From the NCBI GenBank assembly GCA_017481875.1, contig JAFUOP010000005.1, forward strand, positions 26,892 through 90,891: DNA of 64,000 nucleotides. The letters run 5' to 3'. Source of the DNA: Bacteroidaceae bacterium (lineage in GTDB: Bacteria; Bacteroidota; Bacteroidia; Bacteroidales; Bacteroidaceae). Below are positions 38,016 to 48,101 of this stretch, piece by piece; positions within the stretch are counted from its first letter, which is position 1; every line of letters begins with the position of its first letter. Both the position numbers and the translations under genes were made by a program. The notes below the pieces were generated by a model. The model saw nothing but the letters and a program-made list of their open reading frames with translations, searched no databases and was not told where the DNA came from.

Positions 38016-40151
38016 ATGAGAAGAGATTTCAGCAACATAGATATATTTGCAGGCTGCACAGCCGCTACAACAGCCCCCGCAACAAGCAACGAGGTGTGGG
38101 AGACTGCCGAGCACATAAATGTGAAACCGGTTTACACCGCCGAGGACCTTAAAGAGATGGAGCACCTCGACTACGCAGCAGGCTTGCCCCCGTTCCTGCG
38201 TGGCCCCTACTCTATGATGTACACCTTCCGCCCGTGGACCATCAGGCAATATGCAGGCTTCTCTACCGCCGAGGAGAGCAACGCCTTCTACCGCCGCAAC
38301 CTTGCATCGGGCCAGAAGGGCCTTTCCGTGGCATTCGACCTACCTACACACCGCGGTTACAACCCCGACAACGAACGCGTGGTGGGCGACGTGGGAAAAG
38401 CCGGTGTATCGATTTGTTGTATGGAGAACATGGAGCAGTTGTTCGATGGAATTCCCTTGAACAAGATGTCGGTTTCAATGACTATGAACGGCGCGGTACT
38501 GCCCGTGCTCGCGTTCTACATAAACGCAGCACTCGAGCAGGGAGCAAAGCTCGAGGAGATGGCCGGTACCATACAAAATGATATTCTCAAGGAGTTTATG
38601 GTGCGCAACACCTATATATACCCACCCGCATTTTCAATGCGCATAATAAGCGACATTTTTGCATACACATCGCAGAAGATGCCAAAATTCAATTCAATTT
38701 CAATTTCCGGATATCACATGCAAGAGGCCGGTGCATCGGCAGATATTGAGCTGGCATACACCCTTGCCGACGGATTGGAGTATGTGCGTGCAGGCGTGAA
38801 CGCAGGCATAGACATCGATGCTTTTGCACCCCGTCTGTCGTTCTTCTGGGGCATAGGTATGAACCCCTTTATGGAGATTGCAAAGATGCGCGCAGCACGT
38901 ATGCTGTGGGCCAAGATTATAAAGCAGTTCAACCCAAAGAACCCAAAATCTATGGCACTGCGCACGCACTGCCAGACATCGGGCTGGTCGCTCACCGAGC
39001 AAGACCCCTTCAACAATGTGGGCCGCACGGTTATAGAGGCTATGAGCGCGGCAATGGGACACACACAGTCGCTGCACACCAATGCGCTCGATGAGGCTAT
39101 CGCCCTGCCCACCGATTTTTCGGCACGTATTGCCCGCAACACACAGATTTACCTGCAAGAGGAGACAAATATCTGCCGCGTGATAGACCCGTGGGGTGGC
39201 TCGTACTATGTTGAGAGCCTCACAAAGGAGATTGCCGAGAAGGCTTGGAAACTAATACAGGAAATTGAGGAACTTGGCGGAATGGCAAAGGCTATTGAGA
39301 CAGGTATTCCCAAAATGCGTATAGAGGAGGCTGCCGCACGCACACAGGCTCGCATAGACAGCGGCAAGCAGATAATTGTGGGCACAAATGCATACTGCCT
39401 CGAAGAGGAGGAGCCCATTGATATTTTAGAGATTGACAACACTGCCGTGCGCGAGGAGCAGCTTGCAGCCATTGAGCGCAACCGCCAAATCCGCGACGAG
39501 GCGGCAGTGAAAGCCGCCCTCGACAAGATTACCGAGTGTGCAAAGAGTGGCAAAGGCAACCTATTGGAAGCAGCCGTGGAAGCAGCCGGTTTGCGTGCCA
39601 CACTGGGAGAGATTTCAGACGCTTGCGAGGCTGTTGCGGGGCGTTATAAAGCAATCATTAGAACAATTTCAGGAGTGTATTCAGCAGAGAGCAAGGACGA
39701 TGCAAGCTTCAAAGAGGCTTGCCGTCTCACCGAGGAGTTTGCAAAGAGAGAGGGCCGTCGCCCACGAGTGATGATTGCCAAGATGGGCCAGGACGGGCAC
39801 GACCGTGGTGCCAAAGTGGTGGCCACAGGCTATGCCGACTGTGGCTTCGACGTAGATATGGGAATGCTCTTCCAAACACCTGCCGAGGTCGCAAAACAGG
39901 CTGTGGAGAACGATGTTCACGCAGTAGGTGTGTCGTCGCTTGCCGCAGGCCACAAGACACTTGTGCCACAACTCATTGAGGAACTGGCAAAGCTTGGTCG
40001 CGAGGATATATTGGTATTTGCCGGTGGCGTTATTCCCGCACAAGACTACGACTTCCTCTACCGTGCAGGAGTAGCAGGCATCTTCGGCCCCGGAACGAGC
40101 GTGGCAAAGGCTGCTTGTGAACTTATGAACATACTGCTTGACGTAGAATAA
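38016..40151 (+). CDS. mutB: Methylmalonyl-CoA mutase, large (alpha) subunit, adenosylcobalamin-dependent
   Basis: 711 aa with [19 protein letters not shown] and a C-terminal B12-binding domain carrying DxHxxG ([10 protein letters not shown]). Confidence 0.95.
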   Translation: MRRDFSNIDIFAGCTAATTAPATSNEVWETAEHINVKPVYTAEDLKEMEHLDYAAGLPPFLRGPYSMMYTFRPWTIRQYAGFSTAEESNAFYRRNLASGQKGLSVAFDLPTHRGYNPDNERVVGDVGKAGVSICCMENMEQLFDGIPLNKMSVSMTMNGAVLPVLAFYINAALEQGAKLEEMAGTIQNDILKEFMVRNTYIYPPAFSMRIISDIFAYTSQKMPKFNSISISGYHMQEAGASADIELAYTLADGLEYVRAGVNAGIDIDAFAPRLSFFWGIGMNPFMEIAKMRAARMLWAKIIKQFNPKNPKSMALRTHCQTSGWSLTEQDPFNNVGRTVIEAMSAAMGHTQSLHTNALDEAIALPTDFSARIARNTQIYLQEETNICRVIDPWGGSYYVESLTKEIAEKAWKLIQEIEELGGMAKAIETGIPKMRIEEAAARTQARIDSGKQIIVGTNAYCLEEEEPIDILEIDNTAVREEQLAAIERNRQIRDEAAVKAALDKITECAKSGKGNLLEAAVEAAGLRATLGEISDACEAVAGRYKAIIRTISGVYSAESKDDASFKEACRLTEEFAKREGRRPRVMIAKMGQDGHDRGAKVVATGYADCGFDVDMGMLFQTPAEVAKQAVENDVHAVGVSSLAAGHKTLVPQLIEELAKLGREDILVFAGGVIPAQDYDFLYRAGVAGIFGPGTSVAKAACELMNILLDVE

Positions 40152-40161
40152 ACCGCTTTAT

Positions 40162-41952
40162 ATGATTGTATGTATTGCGGAGAAGCCCTCCGTTGCCAAA
40201 GAGATTGCCGATGTATTGGGGGCAAAGAACAGGCGCGAGGGTTTCTACGAAGGTAACGGCTACCAGGTAACCTGGACTTTCGGACATCTTTGCACGCTAA
40301 AAGAGCCGGGCGACTATACCCCTATGTGGCAACGGTGGAGCCTCAGCAGCCTGCCGATGGTGCCTCCGCGTTTTGGCATTAAGCTCATAAGCGACAAGGG
40401 GATAGAGAAACAATTCGCTGTTATAGAAAAACTTATGCAGGCTGCCGACAGCATTATAAACTGTGGCGATGCCGGGCAGGAGGGAGAGCTCATACAGCGT
40501 TGGGTTATTCAGAAAGCACAAGCAAAGTGCCCTGTAAAGCGTTTGTGGGTATCGTCACTCACCGACGAGGCTATACGCGAGGGCTTCAACAGCCTTAAAG
40601 ACCAAAGCGAGTATAAACCACTATATGAAGCCGGGCTCTCGCGTGCCATAGGCGACTGGCTCCTTGGAATGAATGCCACACGTCTCTACACGCTTAAATA
40701 TGGGAAAAACCGCCAGGTACTATCGATAGGACGTGTGCAAACACCCACCCTTGCCCTTGTGGTAAAACGCCATTTTGAAATAGTAAATTTTGTTCCAAAA
40801 CAATATTGGGAACTTAAGACTACATACCGCGACACGACATTCAATGCCGCCAAAGGCAGGTTTGAGAGTGTCGAGGAGGCGCAGGAGGCACTGAAAAGAA
40901 TATCAGATGCACCGTTTACCGTAACCGAAGTAACCGCCAAAAACGGCACAGAACTGCCACCTCGCTTGTACGACCTCACATCGTTGCAGGTAGATTGCAA
41001 CAAGAAATTCGGGTTGAGCGCAGAGGTTACGCTACAAACAATACAGTCGCTTTATGAAAAAAAGATAACTACATACCCACGTGTAGATACAACATTTTTG
41101 AGCGACGACATATACCCTAAATGCCCTAACATACTGAAAGGGCTGCGCAACTACCAGCAGCTTACCGCACCACTTGCGGGAAAGCCTTTGCAAAAGTCGA
41201 AAAAGGTGTTTGACAACAAAAAGGTAACAGACCACCACGCCATTATACCCACAGGAGTGCAGCCACAGGGGCTTACCGACCTTGAGAAGAAGGTTTATGA
41301 CCTCATTGTAAAGCACTTTATTGCAGTGTTCTACCCCGACTGCAAGTTCCGCACAACCACAGTGCAGGGGGAGAGCGCAAGCGTTCCCTTCAAGACCACC
41401 GGCAAAGAAATAACAGAACCCGGGTGGAGAGTTGTGTTTGCGGGTGAAACCACCGATGAAAAGGAGGAAAAAGAGAAAATTCTCCCACACTTTGCACAAG
41501 GGGAAAGCGGTCCACACACACCCGACCTTGCAGAAAAATGGACAACAGCCCCAAAGCCTTATACCGAGGCCACTTTGCTACGTGCAATGGAAACCGCAGG
41601 CAAGCTGGTTGAAAACGAAGAACTACGTGATGCAATGAAGGAAAACGGCATAGGCCGCCCCTCAACTCGTGCAAATATTATAGAGACGCTTTTCAAGCGT
41701 GGCTATATGAAACGCGAAAAGAAAAACATTGCAGCAACACCCACAGGAATTGAACTTATAGGGCTAATAAAAAACGAGCTGCTGAAGAGCGCAGAACTCA
41801 CCGGCCAATGGGAAAAGAAATTAAGAGACATAGAAAAGCAACAATACGAAGCAAAAACATTTATCGACGAGCTGAAAATAATGCTGAACAACGTTGTCAA
41901 TGAAGTTCTGCGCGACAACAGTACAATGGGAAATATTCCAAAAAAAGATTAA
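40162..41952 (+). CDS. topB: Type IA DNA topoisomerase (topoisomerase III-like, short form)
   Basis: 596 aa with a Toprim N-terminus (MIVCIAEKPSVAKEIA), DAGQEGE, and the catalytic Tyr context ITTYPRVDT. It starts 10 nt after the mutB stop. Confidence 0.85.
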   Translation: MIVCIAEKPSVAKEIADVLGAKNRREGFYEGNGYQVTWTFGHLCTLKEPGDYTPMWQRWSLSSLPMVPPRFGIKLISDKGIEKQFAVIEKLMQAADSIINCGDAGQEGELIQRWVIQKAQAKCPVKRLWVSSLTDEAIREGFNSLKDQSEYKPLYEAGLSRAIGDWLLGMNATRLYTLKYGKNRQVLSIGRVQTPTLALVVKRHFEIVNFVPKQYWELKTTYRDTTFNAAKGRFESVEEAQEALKRISDAPFTVTEVTAKNGTELPPRLYDLTSLQVDCNKKFGLSAEVTLQTIQSLYEKKITTYPRVDTTFLSDDIYPKCPNILKGLRNYQQLTAPLAGKPLQKSKKVFDNKKVTDHHAIIPTGVQPQGLTDLEKKVYDLIVKHFIAVFYPDCKFRTTTVQGESASVPFKTTGKEITEPGWRVVFAGETTDEKEEKEKILPHFAQGESGPHTPDLAEKWTTAPKPYTEATLLRAMETAGKLVENEELRDAMKENGIGRPSTRANIIETLFKRGYMKREKKNIAATPTGIELIGLIKNELLKSAELTGQWEKKLRDIEKQQYEAKTFIDELKIMLNNVVNEVLRDNSTMGNIPKKD

Positions 41953-42060
41953 TAAAGAGGTATATTACATAATATTCGAGCAAAAAACGAGTTATTAAGA
42001 AGTTGATTGAATATTTTTAGGAATTCAACAATTTCTAAAATCGCAAGTGATTATAACAAC

Positions 42061-44049
42061 ATGAACAAAGCAATTCCATTCGGCATACTCCTGATTGCAA
42101 TACTTGCCATACTATCGTGTGGCAGCGAGAAAGCAATTAAAAAGGGCGACCAATATGCTGCTGTGAACGAATATTATGAAGCTGCAAGGCAATACAAGAA
42201 AGCATACCGCAAAATACCCGCAAAAGAGAAGAAGAAACGCGCTGTGGTAGCTTGGAAATTGGGCGAATGCTACCGAAAAAGCAACAATGCCGTGCGAGCC
42301 GTGGGTGCATACATGAATGCCGTGCGTTACAAATACCCCGACTCGCTCGCACTACGCTACCTCGCCGATGCTCAGCTGGAAAAAGGCGACTACAAAGACG
42401 CGGTAGAAAGCTACGAGGAGTATTTAAAGCTCAACAGCAACGACAACCTTGCCATTGTGGGCCTGCAGGCAGCAAAGCAGTCGCTTGAATGGAAGAAAAA
42501 CCCAAACCGCTACATTGTAAAAAGAGCCAAAGAACTCAATGGGCAACGCAGCGACTACTGCCCAATGTATGTAGGCGATGACACTACAATGATTGTAACA
42601 ACATCTACACGCAAAGAGGCTAAAGGAGACGACTTGAGTGGCATAACAGGGCAAAAAAGTGCCGATATATTCCTTACCCGTCGCGACGAGAAGGGGAAAT
42701 GGCAAAAAACAGAAATTATTGAAAGTGAGATAAACAGTGATTTCGAAGATGGTGCCTGCGCTTTCACACCCGATGGGAAAACAATGTATTTCACCCGTTG
42801 CGTTACCGACAACCAACACCCCCGCTATGCTGCAATATACAGCAGCACACGCAGCGACGCTTCGTGGAGCGGAGTGAAAAAGGTGGAAATATCTTCAGAT
42901 ACATTATCTTCTTTTGCACACCCCGCAGTCTCGCCCGATGGTGAGTGGCTCTACTTCTCTTCAGACATGGCAGGCAGCTATGGCGGGTTTGACATTTGGA
43001 GATACTACATTGGCGAGAGCAGAGCAAAACAAGATATTATTGAAAACATAGGCAGTGGAATAAACACAGAAGGCGACGAGCACTTCCCCGCATTTGGCCC
43101 CAATGGTGAACTGTTTTTTTCTTCAGACGGCTACCCGGGAATGGGTGGGCTGGACATCTATTGCGCAACGCAAGCCAACGACAGTGTGTGGAATATTGAG
43201 AATATGATGTCGCCAATGAACTCCAACGGAGATGATTTTGGAATAACATTTGCACCAGGGCTATACAGAGGGTATTTCTCATCGAACAGAGGAGATGCTC
43301 GCGGCTGGGACCACATTTATTCCTTTATACTGCCCGAAACAGTGCACACTCTTTATGGCTGGATATACGAGAAAGACGGCTATGAACTTCCCGAAGGGGT
43401 TATATATATGGTGGGCAAAGATGGAACAAACACAAGCTTTGGCGTAATGAAAGACGGCTCATACTCGGTACGTGTAACTCCCGGAGTCGATTATGTGTTA
43501 CTGGGTACATGTAAAGGGCATTTAAGCACTATGCAAGAGCTATCTGCCGAGAACGTAGAAGGTACAATGTCTTATCAGAGAGATTTTGAGCTCCCTTCAA
43601 TTACACGCCCTGTTCTCATAGACAACATTTTCTATGAATTTGACAAGGCCACACTCACAAAGGAATCGGAAGAATCGCTCGATGAACTTATAAAACTACT
43701 AAACCTGAACCCGAATGTTACAATAGAGCTAAGCTCACACTGCGATTACAAGGGACGAGACGAATATAATGTACGTCTTTCGCAAGCTCGTGCCGAGTCG
43801 GTTGTTAATTACCTTATTAAAGGAGGTATTGAAGCTGAACGTCTGACAGCCAAAGGCTATGGTGAGGAGAAGCCTAAGATTGTACATAAGAAATTAACAG
43901 AGAAGGTGCCGTTCTTAAAAGAGAACGATGTTCTTACCGAAGATTTTATAAAAAATCTCGAGAGCGAAGAGCAGCAGGAGATATGTAACCAGTTGAACCG
44001 CCGCACGGAGTTCCAGGTATTGCGCACTACATATAACTTGTATAAATAA
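42061..44049 (+). CDS. OmpA-family lipoprotein with N-terminal TPR and TolB-like beta-propeller repeats
   Basis: It starts MNKAIPFGILLIAILAILSCGSEK (lipobox). TPR-like helices are followed by repeated PxxSPDGxxxYFSS-type propeller blades. The C-terminal OmpA domain reads ELSSHCDYKGRDEYNVRLSQARAESVVNYL. Confidence 0.85.
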   Translation: MNKAIPFGILLIAILAILSCGSEKAIKKGDQYAAVNEYYEAARQYKKAYRKIPAKEKKKRAVVAWKLGECYRKSNNAVRAVGAYMNAVRYKYPDSLALRYLADAQLEKGDYKDAVESYEEYLKLNSNDNLAIVGLQAAKQSLEWKKNPNRYIVKRAKELNGQRSDYCPMYVGDDTTMIVTTSTRKEAKGDDLSGITGQKSADIFLTRRDEKGKWQKTEIIESEINSDFEDGACAFTPDGKTMYFTRCVTDNQHPRYAAIYSSTRSDASWSGVKKVEISSDTLSSFAHPAVSPDGEWLYFSSDMAGSYGGFDIWRYYIGESRAKQDIIENIGSGINTEGDEHFPAFGPNGELFFSSDGYPGMGGLDIYCATQANDSVWNIENMMSPMNSNGDDFGITFAPGLYRGYFSSNRGDARGWDHIYSFILPETVHTLYGWIYEKDGYELPEGVIYMVGKDGTNTSFGVMKDGSYSVRVTPGVDYVLLGTCKGHLSTMQELSAENVEGTMSYQRDFELPSITRPVLIDNIFYEFDKATLTKESEESLDELIKLLNLNPNVTIELSSHCDYKGRDEYNVRLSQARAESVVNYLIKGGIEAERLTAKGYGEEKPKIVHKKLTEKVPFLKENDVLTEDFIKNLESEEQQEICNQLNRRTEFQVLRTTYNLYK

Positions 44050-44050
44050 A

Positions 44051-44086
44051 GCAATAAGAACGAGGCCTGTGCCTCGTTCTTATTGC
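44051..44086. terminator. 16-bp perfect hairpin between the convergent OmpA/TPR gene and ruvC
   Basis: gcaataagaacgaggc-ctgt-gcctcgttcttattgc. The right arm contains the last two sense codons and the stop codon of ruvC (stop at 44080-44082). Confidence 0.7.
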
Positions 44087-44655
44087 TTTATCTTGTCGCT
44101 GTTCTTGCGGGCAAAGTCGGCCCAGCTACTGTACTTGACACCCTGCACCGGGTTGTTGCGTTGCAGATAGTGGCAAAAAGCAGCTCCAAGAGCATCGGTG
44201 GCGTCCATAAAACGGGGCATCTCCTCATTTGAAATGTTTAACATACGACGAAGCATTTCGGCTACCTGATGCTTGGACGCCGAGCCATTACCCGTTATAG
44301 CCATTTTTATTTTTAATGGTGCATATTCGTGAATAGGGACTTCGCGACTAATGGCAGCAGCAATGGCAACGCCCTGTGCACGACCAAGTTTCAGCATACT
44401 CTGCACATTCTTGCCAAAGAAAGGAGCTTCAATGGCAAGCTCGTCGGGCAAGAATGATTTTATGAGCCCTTGCACACGAGTAAATATTTCACCTAATTTT
44501 ATATAACTATCGTGGCAGTTGCGCAAATCAATGACACCCATTGCTATGAGACGCGCACGGTTGCCATTTACGCCAATAAAGGCATAGCCCATGATATTGG
44601 TTCCAGGGTCTATACCCATTATCACTCTGTCGTCGGTGGGAGTGGGCTGTTGCAT
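44080..44655 (-). CDS. ruvC: Crossover junction endodeoxyribonuclease RuvC
   Basis: 191 aa with [15 protein letters not shown] (catalytic Asp) and a C-terminal [12 protein letters not shown]. Confidence 0.93.
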   Translation of the reverse strand: MQQPTPTDDRVIMGIDPGTNIMGYAFIGVNGNRARLIAMGVIDLRNCHDSYIKLGEIFTRVQGLIKSFLPDELAIEAPFFGKNVQSMLKLGRAQGVAIAAAISREVPIHEYAPLKIKMAITGNGSASKHQVAEMLRRMLNISNEEMPRFMDATDALGAAFCHYLQRNNPVQGVKYSSWADFARKNSDKIKQ

Positions 44656-44657
44656 AA

Positions 44658-45134
44658 TTAAAAACCAAGATATTTAAACAACCCCTTGCAACCCCTCTCT
44701 ATCTCTTCATAAGTTGCAGAAAAATCGCCATGGTACCAAGGGTCGGAGATATCACCACCCGACAACGGAGTTGCCTCGCCTTTTTCGCAACAATCGGCAA
44801 AGTCGAGCAACTTCCACACCTTGCCACCACCGACAGGCAGGGAGCGCATATTCCTTATATTATACTCTTCCATTACAATTATCATATCGTAATGGAGGAA
44901 GTCGGCCGAGGTAATGCGGCGTGCACGCTTACCTTCGCAACAGATTCCGTGGCGTGCAAGCTCACGCACTGCAGGAGGATATACCGCGTTGCCTATCTCT
45001 TCGCTGCTTGTTGCAGCCGATTCTATATGCAACACCCCCTCGGCAGCCGCATCACGGGCTATTTTCTTCATCACAAACTCTGCCATTGGAGAACGACATA
45101 TATTCCCGTGGCACACAAAAAGCAGTTTTTTCAT
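44658..45134 (-). CDS. Low-molecular-weight protein-tyrosine phosphatase
   Basis: 158 aa with the CX5R(S) P-loop ([15 protein letters not shown]) and a DP loop (DISDPWY). Confidence 0.88.
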   Translation of the reverse strand: MKKLLFVCHGNICRSPMAEFVMKKIARDAAAEGVLHIESAATSSEEIGNAVYPPAVRELARHGICCEGKRARRITSADFLHYDMIIVMEEYNIRNMRSLPVGGGKVWKLLDFADCCEKGEATPLSGGDISDPWYHGDFSATYEEIERGCKGLFKYLGF

Positions 45135-45617
45135 TTATTCTAAGAATTCGGAATCGAAAGACAATGGCATAAGAGCCTTTATACCATCTTCAATAATGTA
45201 GCTCTCCTTTGCACCATACAATATTATCTTAATGGTTTCCCCAAAACGTTTTTCAGTTTCCAATATCACCTGACGGCAGGCTCCGCAAGGGGGAATAGGC
45301 ACAGGGAGCTCACCCTTTTCTGTACGGGCCGCTATAGCCAAAGTGAGTACCGCGCTGTCGGGGTACTGGGAATTGGCCCAGAAAAGCGTTGTGCGCTCGG
45401 CACAGAGCCCCGATGGATAGGCCGCATTCTCCTGGTTGCTACCTTTTACTATAACACCATTTTTAAGACGCACGGCTGCACCGACATTAAATTTTGAATA
45501 TACTGCGTAGCTATTACTTGTAGCTGCACGAGCTGCATCGACAACTTCTCTATCATCGGCACTTAGTTCGTTATAGGAACAAACCTTAATCTTTGTTTGC
45601 AAAACAATCTCTTTCAT
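45135..45617 (-). CDS. cdd: Cytidine deaminase
   Basis: 160 aa with the zinc motifs CAERT and PCGACRQ. Its stop directly abuts the phosphatase start. Confidence 0.9.
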   Translation of the reverse strand: MKEIVLQTKIKVCSYNELSADDREVVDAARAATSNSYAVYSKFNVGAAVRLKNGVIVKGSNQENAAYPSGLCAERTTLFWANSQYPDSAVLTLAIAARTEKGELPVPIPPCGACRQVILETEKRFGETIKIILYGAKESYIIEDGIKALMPLSFDSEFLE

Positions 45618-45765
45618 ACACTTATCTCCTTTAATTTTATATACAAATAACTTTAGGCATTTTGTTTATTATAAAACAAAAAAGAGCATATAATAGTGCG
45701 AAGATAAATAAATTGTTGCGCAAAATCAATTTATTCGTTTATTTTGTAGCCTAAATGGATTTTTT

Positions 45766-46689
45766 ATGAAAACAAAACTTTTATTTGCGTTTATTGCGCT
45801 GCTGACATTTATAAATTGTTCTATAAACAAGCATACCGCACGACAAACGCCAAAGGAGATTACGCAAGCCAGAGACGACTATGAAAGGTATATACTCACC
45901 TACTACCCTATTGCTGTGGAGCAAATGCAAAAATACAATATTCCTGCAAGCATTACACTTGCACAAGGTTTGTTGGAGTCGGGTGCGGGAAAGAGCAAAC
46001 TTTCGCGTACATCGAACAACCATTTTGGAATAAAAGCCGACAAGAGCTGGAATGGCAAACGCACTGCATCGATGGACAATGGACATATGTGCTATTTTAG
46101 AAAGTACAAGAGTGTCAAGGAATCCTATGAGGACCATTCCAAGTTCCTTGCCAACAGACAAAGATATGCGTTTCTTTTCAAGCTCGACCAAGACGACTAC
46201 AAAGGGTGGTCTAAAGGACTAAAAAAGGCCGGATATGCCGAGGACCCCGCTTACCCCAACAAATTGATAAGCCTCATAGAACGCTACGAGCTCGACCAAT
46301 ACGATAGTTACACTATGAAGGATATAAAATCGGCCACAACGGAAGAACCGACAAGGAGCATATACAAAAGCAATAATCTTTTTTACATAATTGGCAATAC
46401 CGGGGACACTTTTGAATCACTGAGCAAGGAGTTTGGAATTTCACGACGCAAATTAGTTGAATACAATGACCTTTACGCCGATTACAATATTAAGGCCGGA
46501 GATATTATATACCTTGAAAAGAAAAACAAGAAAGCCACAATAAACTACCCCTATCACACTGTGCAACAGGGCGAAAGCCTTCACTCTATTTCACAAAAAT
46601 ATGGGGTAAGAATGGGTGAGCTATACAATAAAAATAAATATATTGCAGAAACCGGCATAAATGTGGGAGACATCATAATTATGCGATAA
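45766..46689 (+). CDS. Glucosaminidase-domain (FlgJ/mannosyl-glycoprotein endo-beta-N-acetylglucosaminidase) lipoprotein with two LysM domains
   Basis: 307 aa with a lipobox (TFINC) and the glucosaminidase motif ITLAQGLLESGAGKSKLSRTSNNHFGIK. Two C-terminal LysM repeats are present (TGDTFESLSKEFGISRRKLVEYN; QGESLHSISQKYGVRMGELYNKN). Confidence 0.85.
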   Translation: MKTKLLFAFIALLTFINCSINKHTARQTPKEITQARDDYERYILTYYPIAVEQMQKYNIPASITLAQGLLESGAGKSKLSRTSNNHFGIKADKSWNGKRTASMDNGHMCYFRKYKSVKESYEDHSKFLANRQRYAFLFKLDQDDYKGWSKGLKKAGYAEDPAYPNKLISLIERYELDQYDSYTMKDIKSATTEEPTRSIYKSNNLFYIIGNTGDTFESLSKEFGISRRKLVEYNDLYADYNIKAGDIIYLEKKNKKATINYPYHTVQQGESLHSISQKYGVRMGELYNKNKYIAETGINVGDIIIMR

Positions 46690-46780
46690 ATTCTGTTACC
46701 GCAATCTCATTTATTGTTGTTAATAAACCGATAAACGCAAAATTTAATTAATTAATCTTTTATTAATTATATTTTTTTTA

Positions 46781-46788
46781 TACCTTTG
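46781..46788 (+). promoter_or_regulatory. -7 promoter box TACCTTTG upstream of the tandem OmpA-like genes
   Basis: Exact TAnnTTTG match, 56 nt upstream of the ATG at 46844. Confidence 0.45.
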
Positions 46789-46843
46789 CCACATTGTAAA
46801 CTTTTCAGCCAAAAACAAGAAAATAATAAATTTATATAGAAAA

Positions 46844-48079
46844 ATGAATAATTCTAGTTTTTTAAGAACACTGCTTGTTGCTGCATCATTCGCTCTTTTC
46901 TTTAGCGGAGTACAAGCACAAGTTATCAAAACTGACACAATTCGCGGGTCGCGTATAAACAGTTTGGCAACGGCGTTGAACGAGACCGAAGAATCTGTCA
47001 TCGCAAGTGATGAAAAAACAATTTATTTGAAGAATTGGTTCGTGTCGCTCGGTGTTGGAGCAAACTCCATTAGCGCAGAAGGAAACAATGAGGTTAATAA
47101 CATTTTTGACCGTGCAAGAGTGCGCGCACAAATTTCTGCAGGCCGTTGGTTTAACGACTATTTTGGAGTTAGAGCACAGGTAGCTATAGGCAAAGTAAGC
47201 GCATATTACCTGGCCGGAGCTATTTTTGGCAAACATCTTAACGACTTCAACTACCCCCAAGACGTTTTGCAATATATAATTGAAAAAGATGGCCTTGCTT
47301 GGTACCGCAAGAAATTTACATACATGGAATACAGCGTTGCTGCAATGACCGACGTTGTTAAATGGTTTAACAACAGCAGCAAATGGGGTGTTCAGTTATA
47401 TGCCGGCCCCACTTTCGCTCACGTAATTAAGAACCAAGGATTCCACAAAGAGAAAACCTGGGGCGCGAAGTTCGGTACACAAATCGACTACAAAATAAAC
47501 AGAAGCTGGTCTGTTATGGGCGACCTGCAAGCCAACTTATACAACGAGTCGTTTGATGGAGTTGCCGGTGGTGTTTTGAATGAGAGTAACAAAACCCTGG
47601 ACCTCCTGGTGGCTGCAAGTGTTGGTTTGAGCTACCATTTCAGCGACGGGCTTGCAAAAACAAGAGTAGACCTGCCTATTACTTACGAGGATACATACAT
47701 TCCCCAGCCTAAACGTATAAAAGAGGTTAAGGCAGATGCAAAAGAGATTATTGCACCCTTTATTGTTCGATTCCTCATTGACAAGTCGAATATTGAAGAT
47801 GGACAGAAGCCTCATATTGAGAAATTTGCACAATACCTCAAAGACAACAAAGAGGCAAAGGTTATGCTTACCGGTTATGCCGACAAAGAGACTGCATACC
47901 CCGAGTATAATATGCGTCTTAGTAAGAAACGTGTAAACTCGGTAAAGAAGTATTTGGTAGAGAACTGCGGTATCAGTGAAGACAGAATTGAGACCAATGC
48001 CAAGGGAGATACCGAGCGTGTTTACGAAGAAGACTTCCGCTGGAACCGTGTTGTTGTGATGACTATTATTGAAAAGTAA
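46844..48079 (+). CDS. OmpA-family outer-membrane protein (beta-barrel plus C-terminal OmpA peptidoglycan-binding domain)
   Basis: 411 aa. A signal peptide and barrel-like N-terminal half are followed by the C-terminal sequence KVMLTGYADKETAYPEYNMRLSKKRVNSVKKYL. Confidence 0.85.
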   Translation: MNNSSFLRTLLVAASFALFFSGVQAQVIKTDTIRGSRINSLATALNETEESVIASDEKTIYLKNWFVSLGVGANSISAEGNNEVNNIFDRARVRAQISAGRWFNDYFGVRAQVAIGKVSAYYLAGAIFGKHLNDFNYPQDVLQYIIEKDGLAWYRKKFTYMEYSVAAMTDVVKWFNNSSKWGVQLYAGPTFAHVIKNQGFHKEKTWGAKFGTQIDYKINRSWSVMGDLQANLYNESFDGVAGGVLNESNKTLDLLVAASVGLSYHFSDGLAKTRVDLPITYEDTYIPQPKRIKEVKADAKEIIAPFIVRFLIDKSNIEDGQKPHIEKFAQYLKDNKEAKVMLTGYADKETAYPEYNMRLSKKRVNSVKKYLVENCGISEDRIETNAKGDTERVYEEDFRWNRVVVMTIIEK

Positions 48080-48101
48080 TAAGATTAAAATTAGAAATAA
48101 A

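Noticed and set aside
40162-41952. Topoisomerase III as a marker of an integrated conjugative element.
   Set aside because: No integrase, relaxase, tra or mob genes, tRNA-flanked junction or direct repeats occur anywhere in the window. Neighbouring genes are core metabolic genes in a tight operon arrangement.
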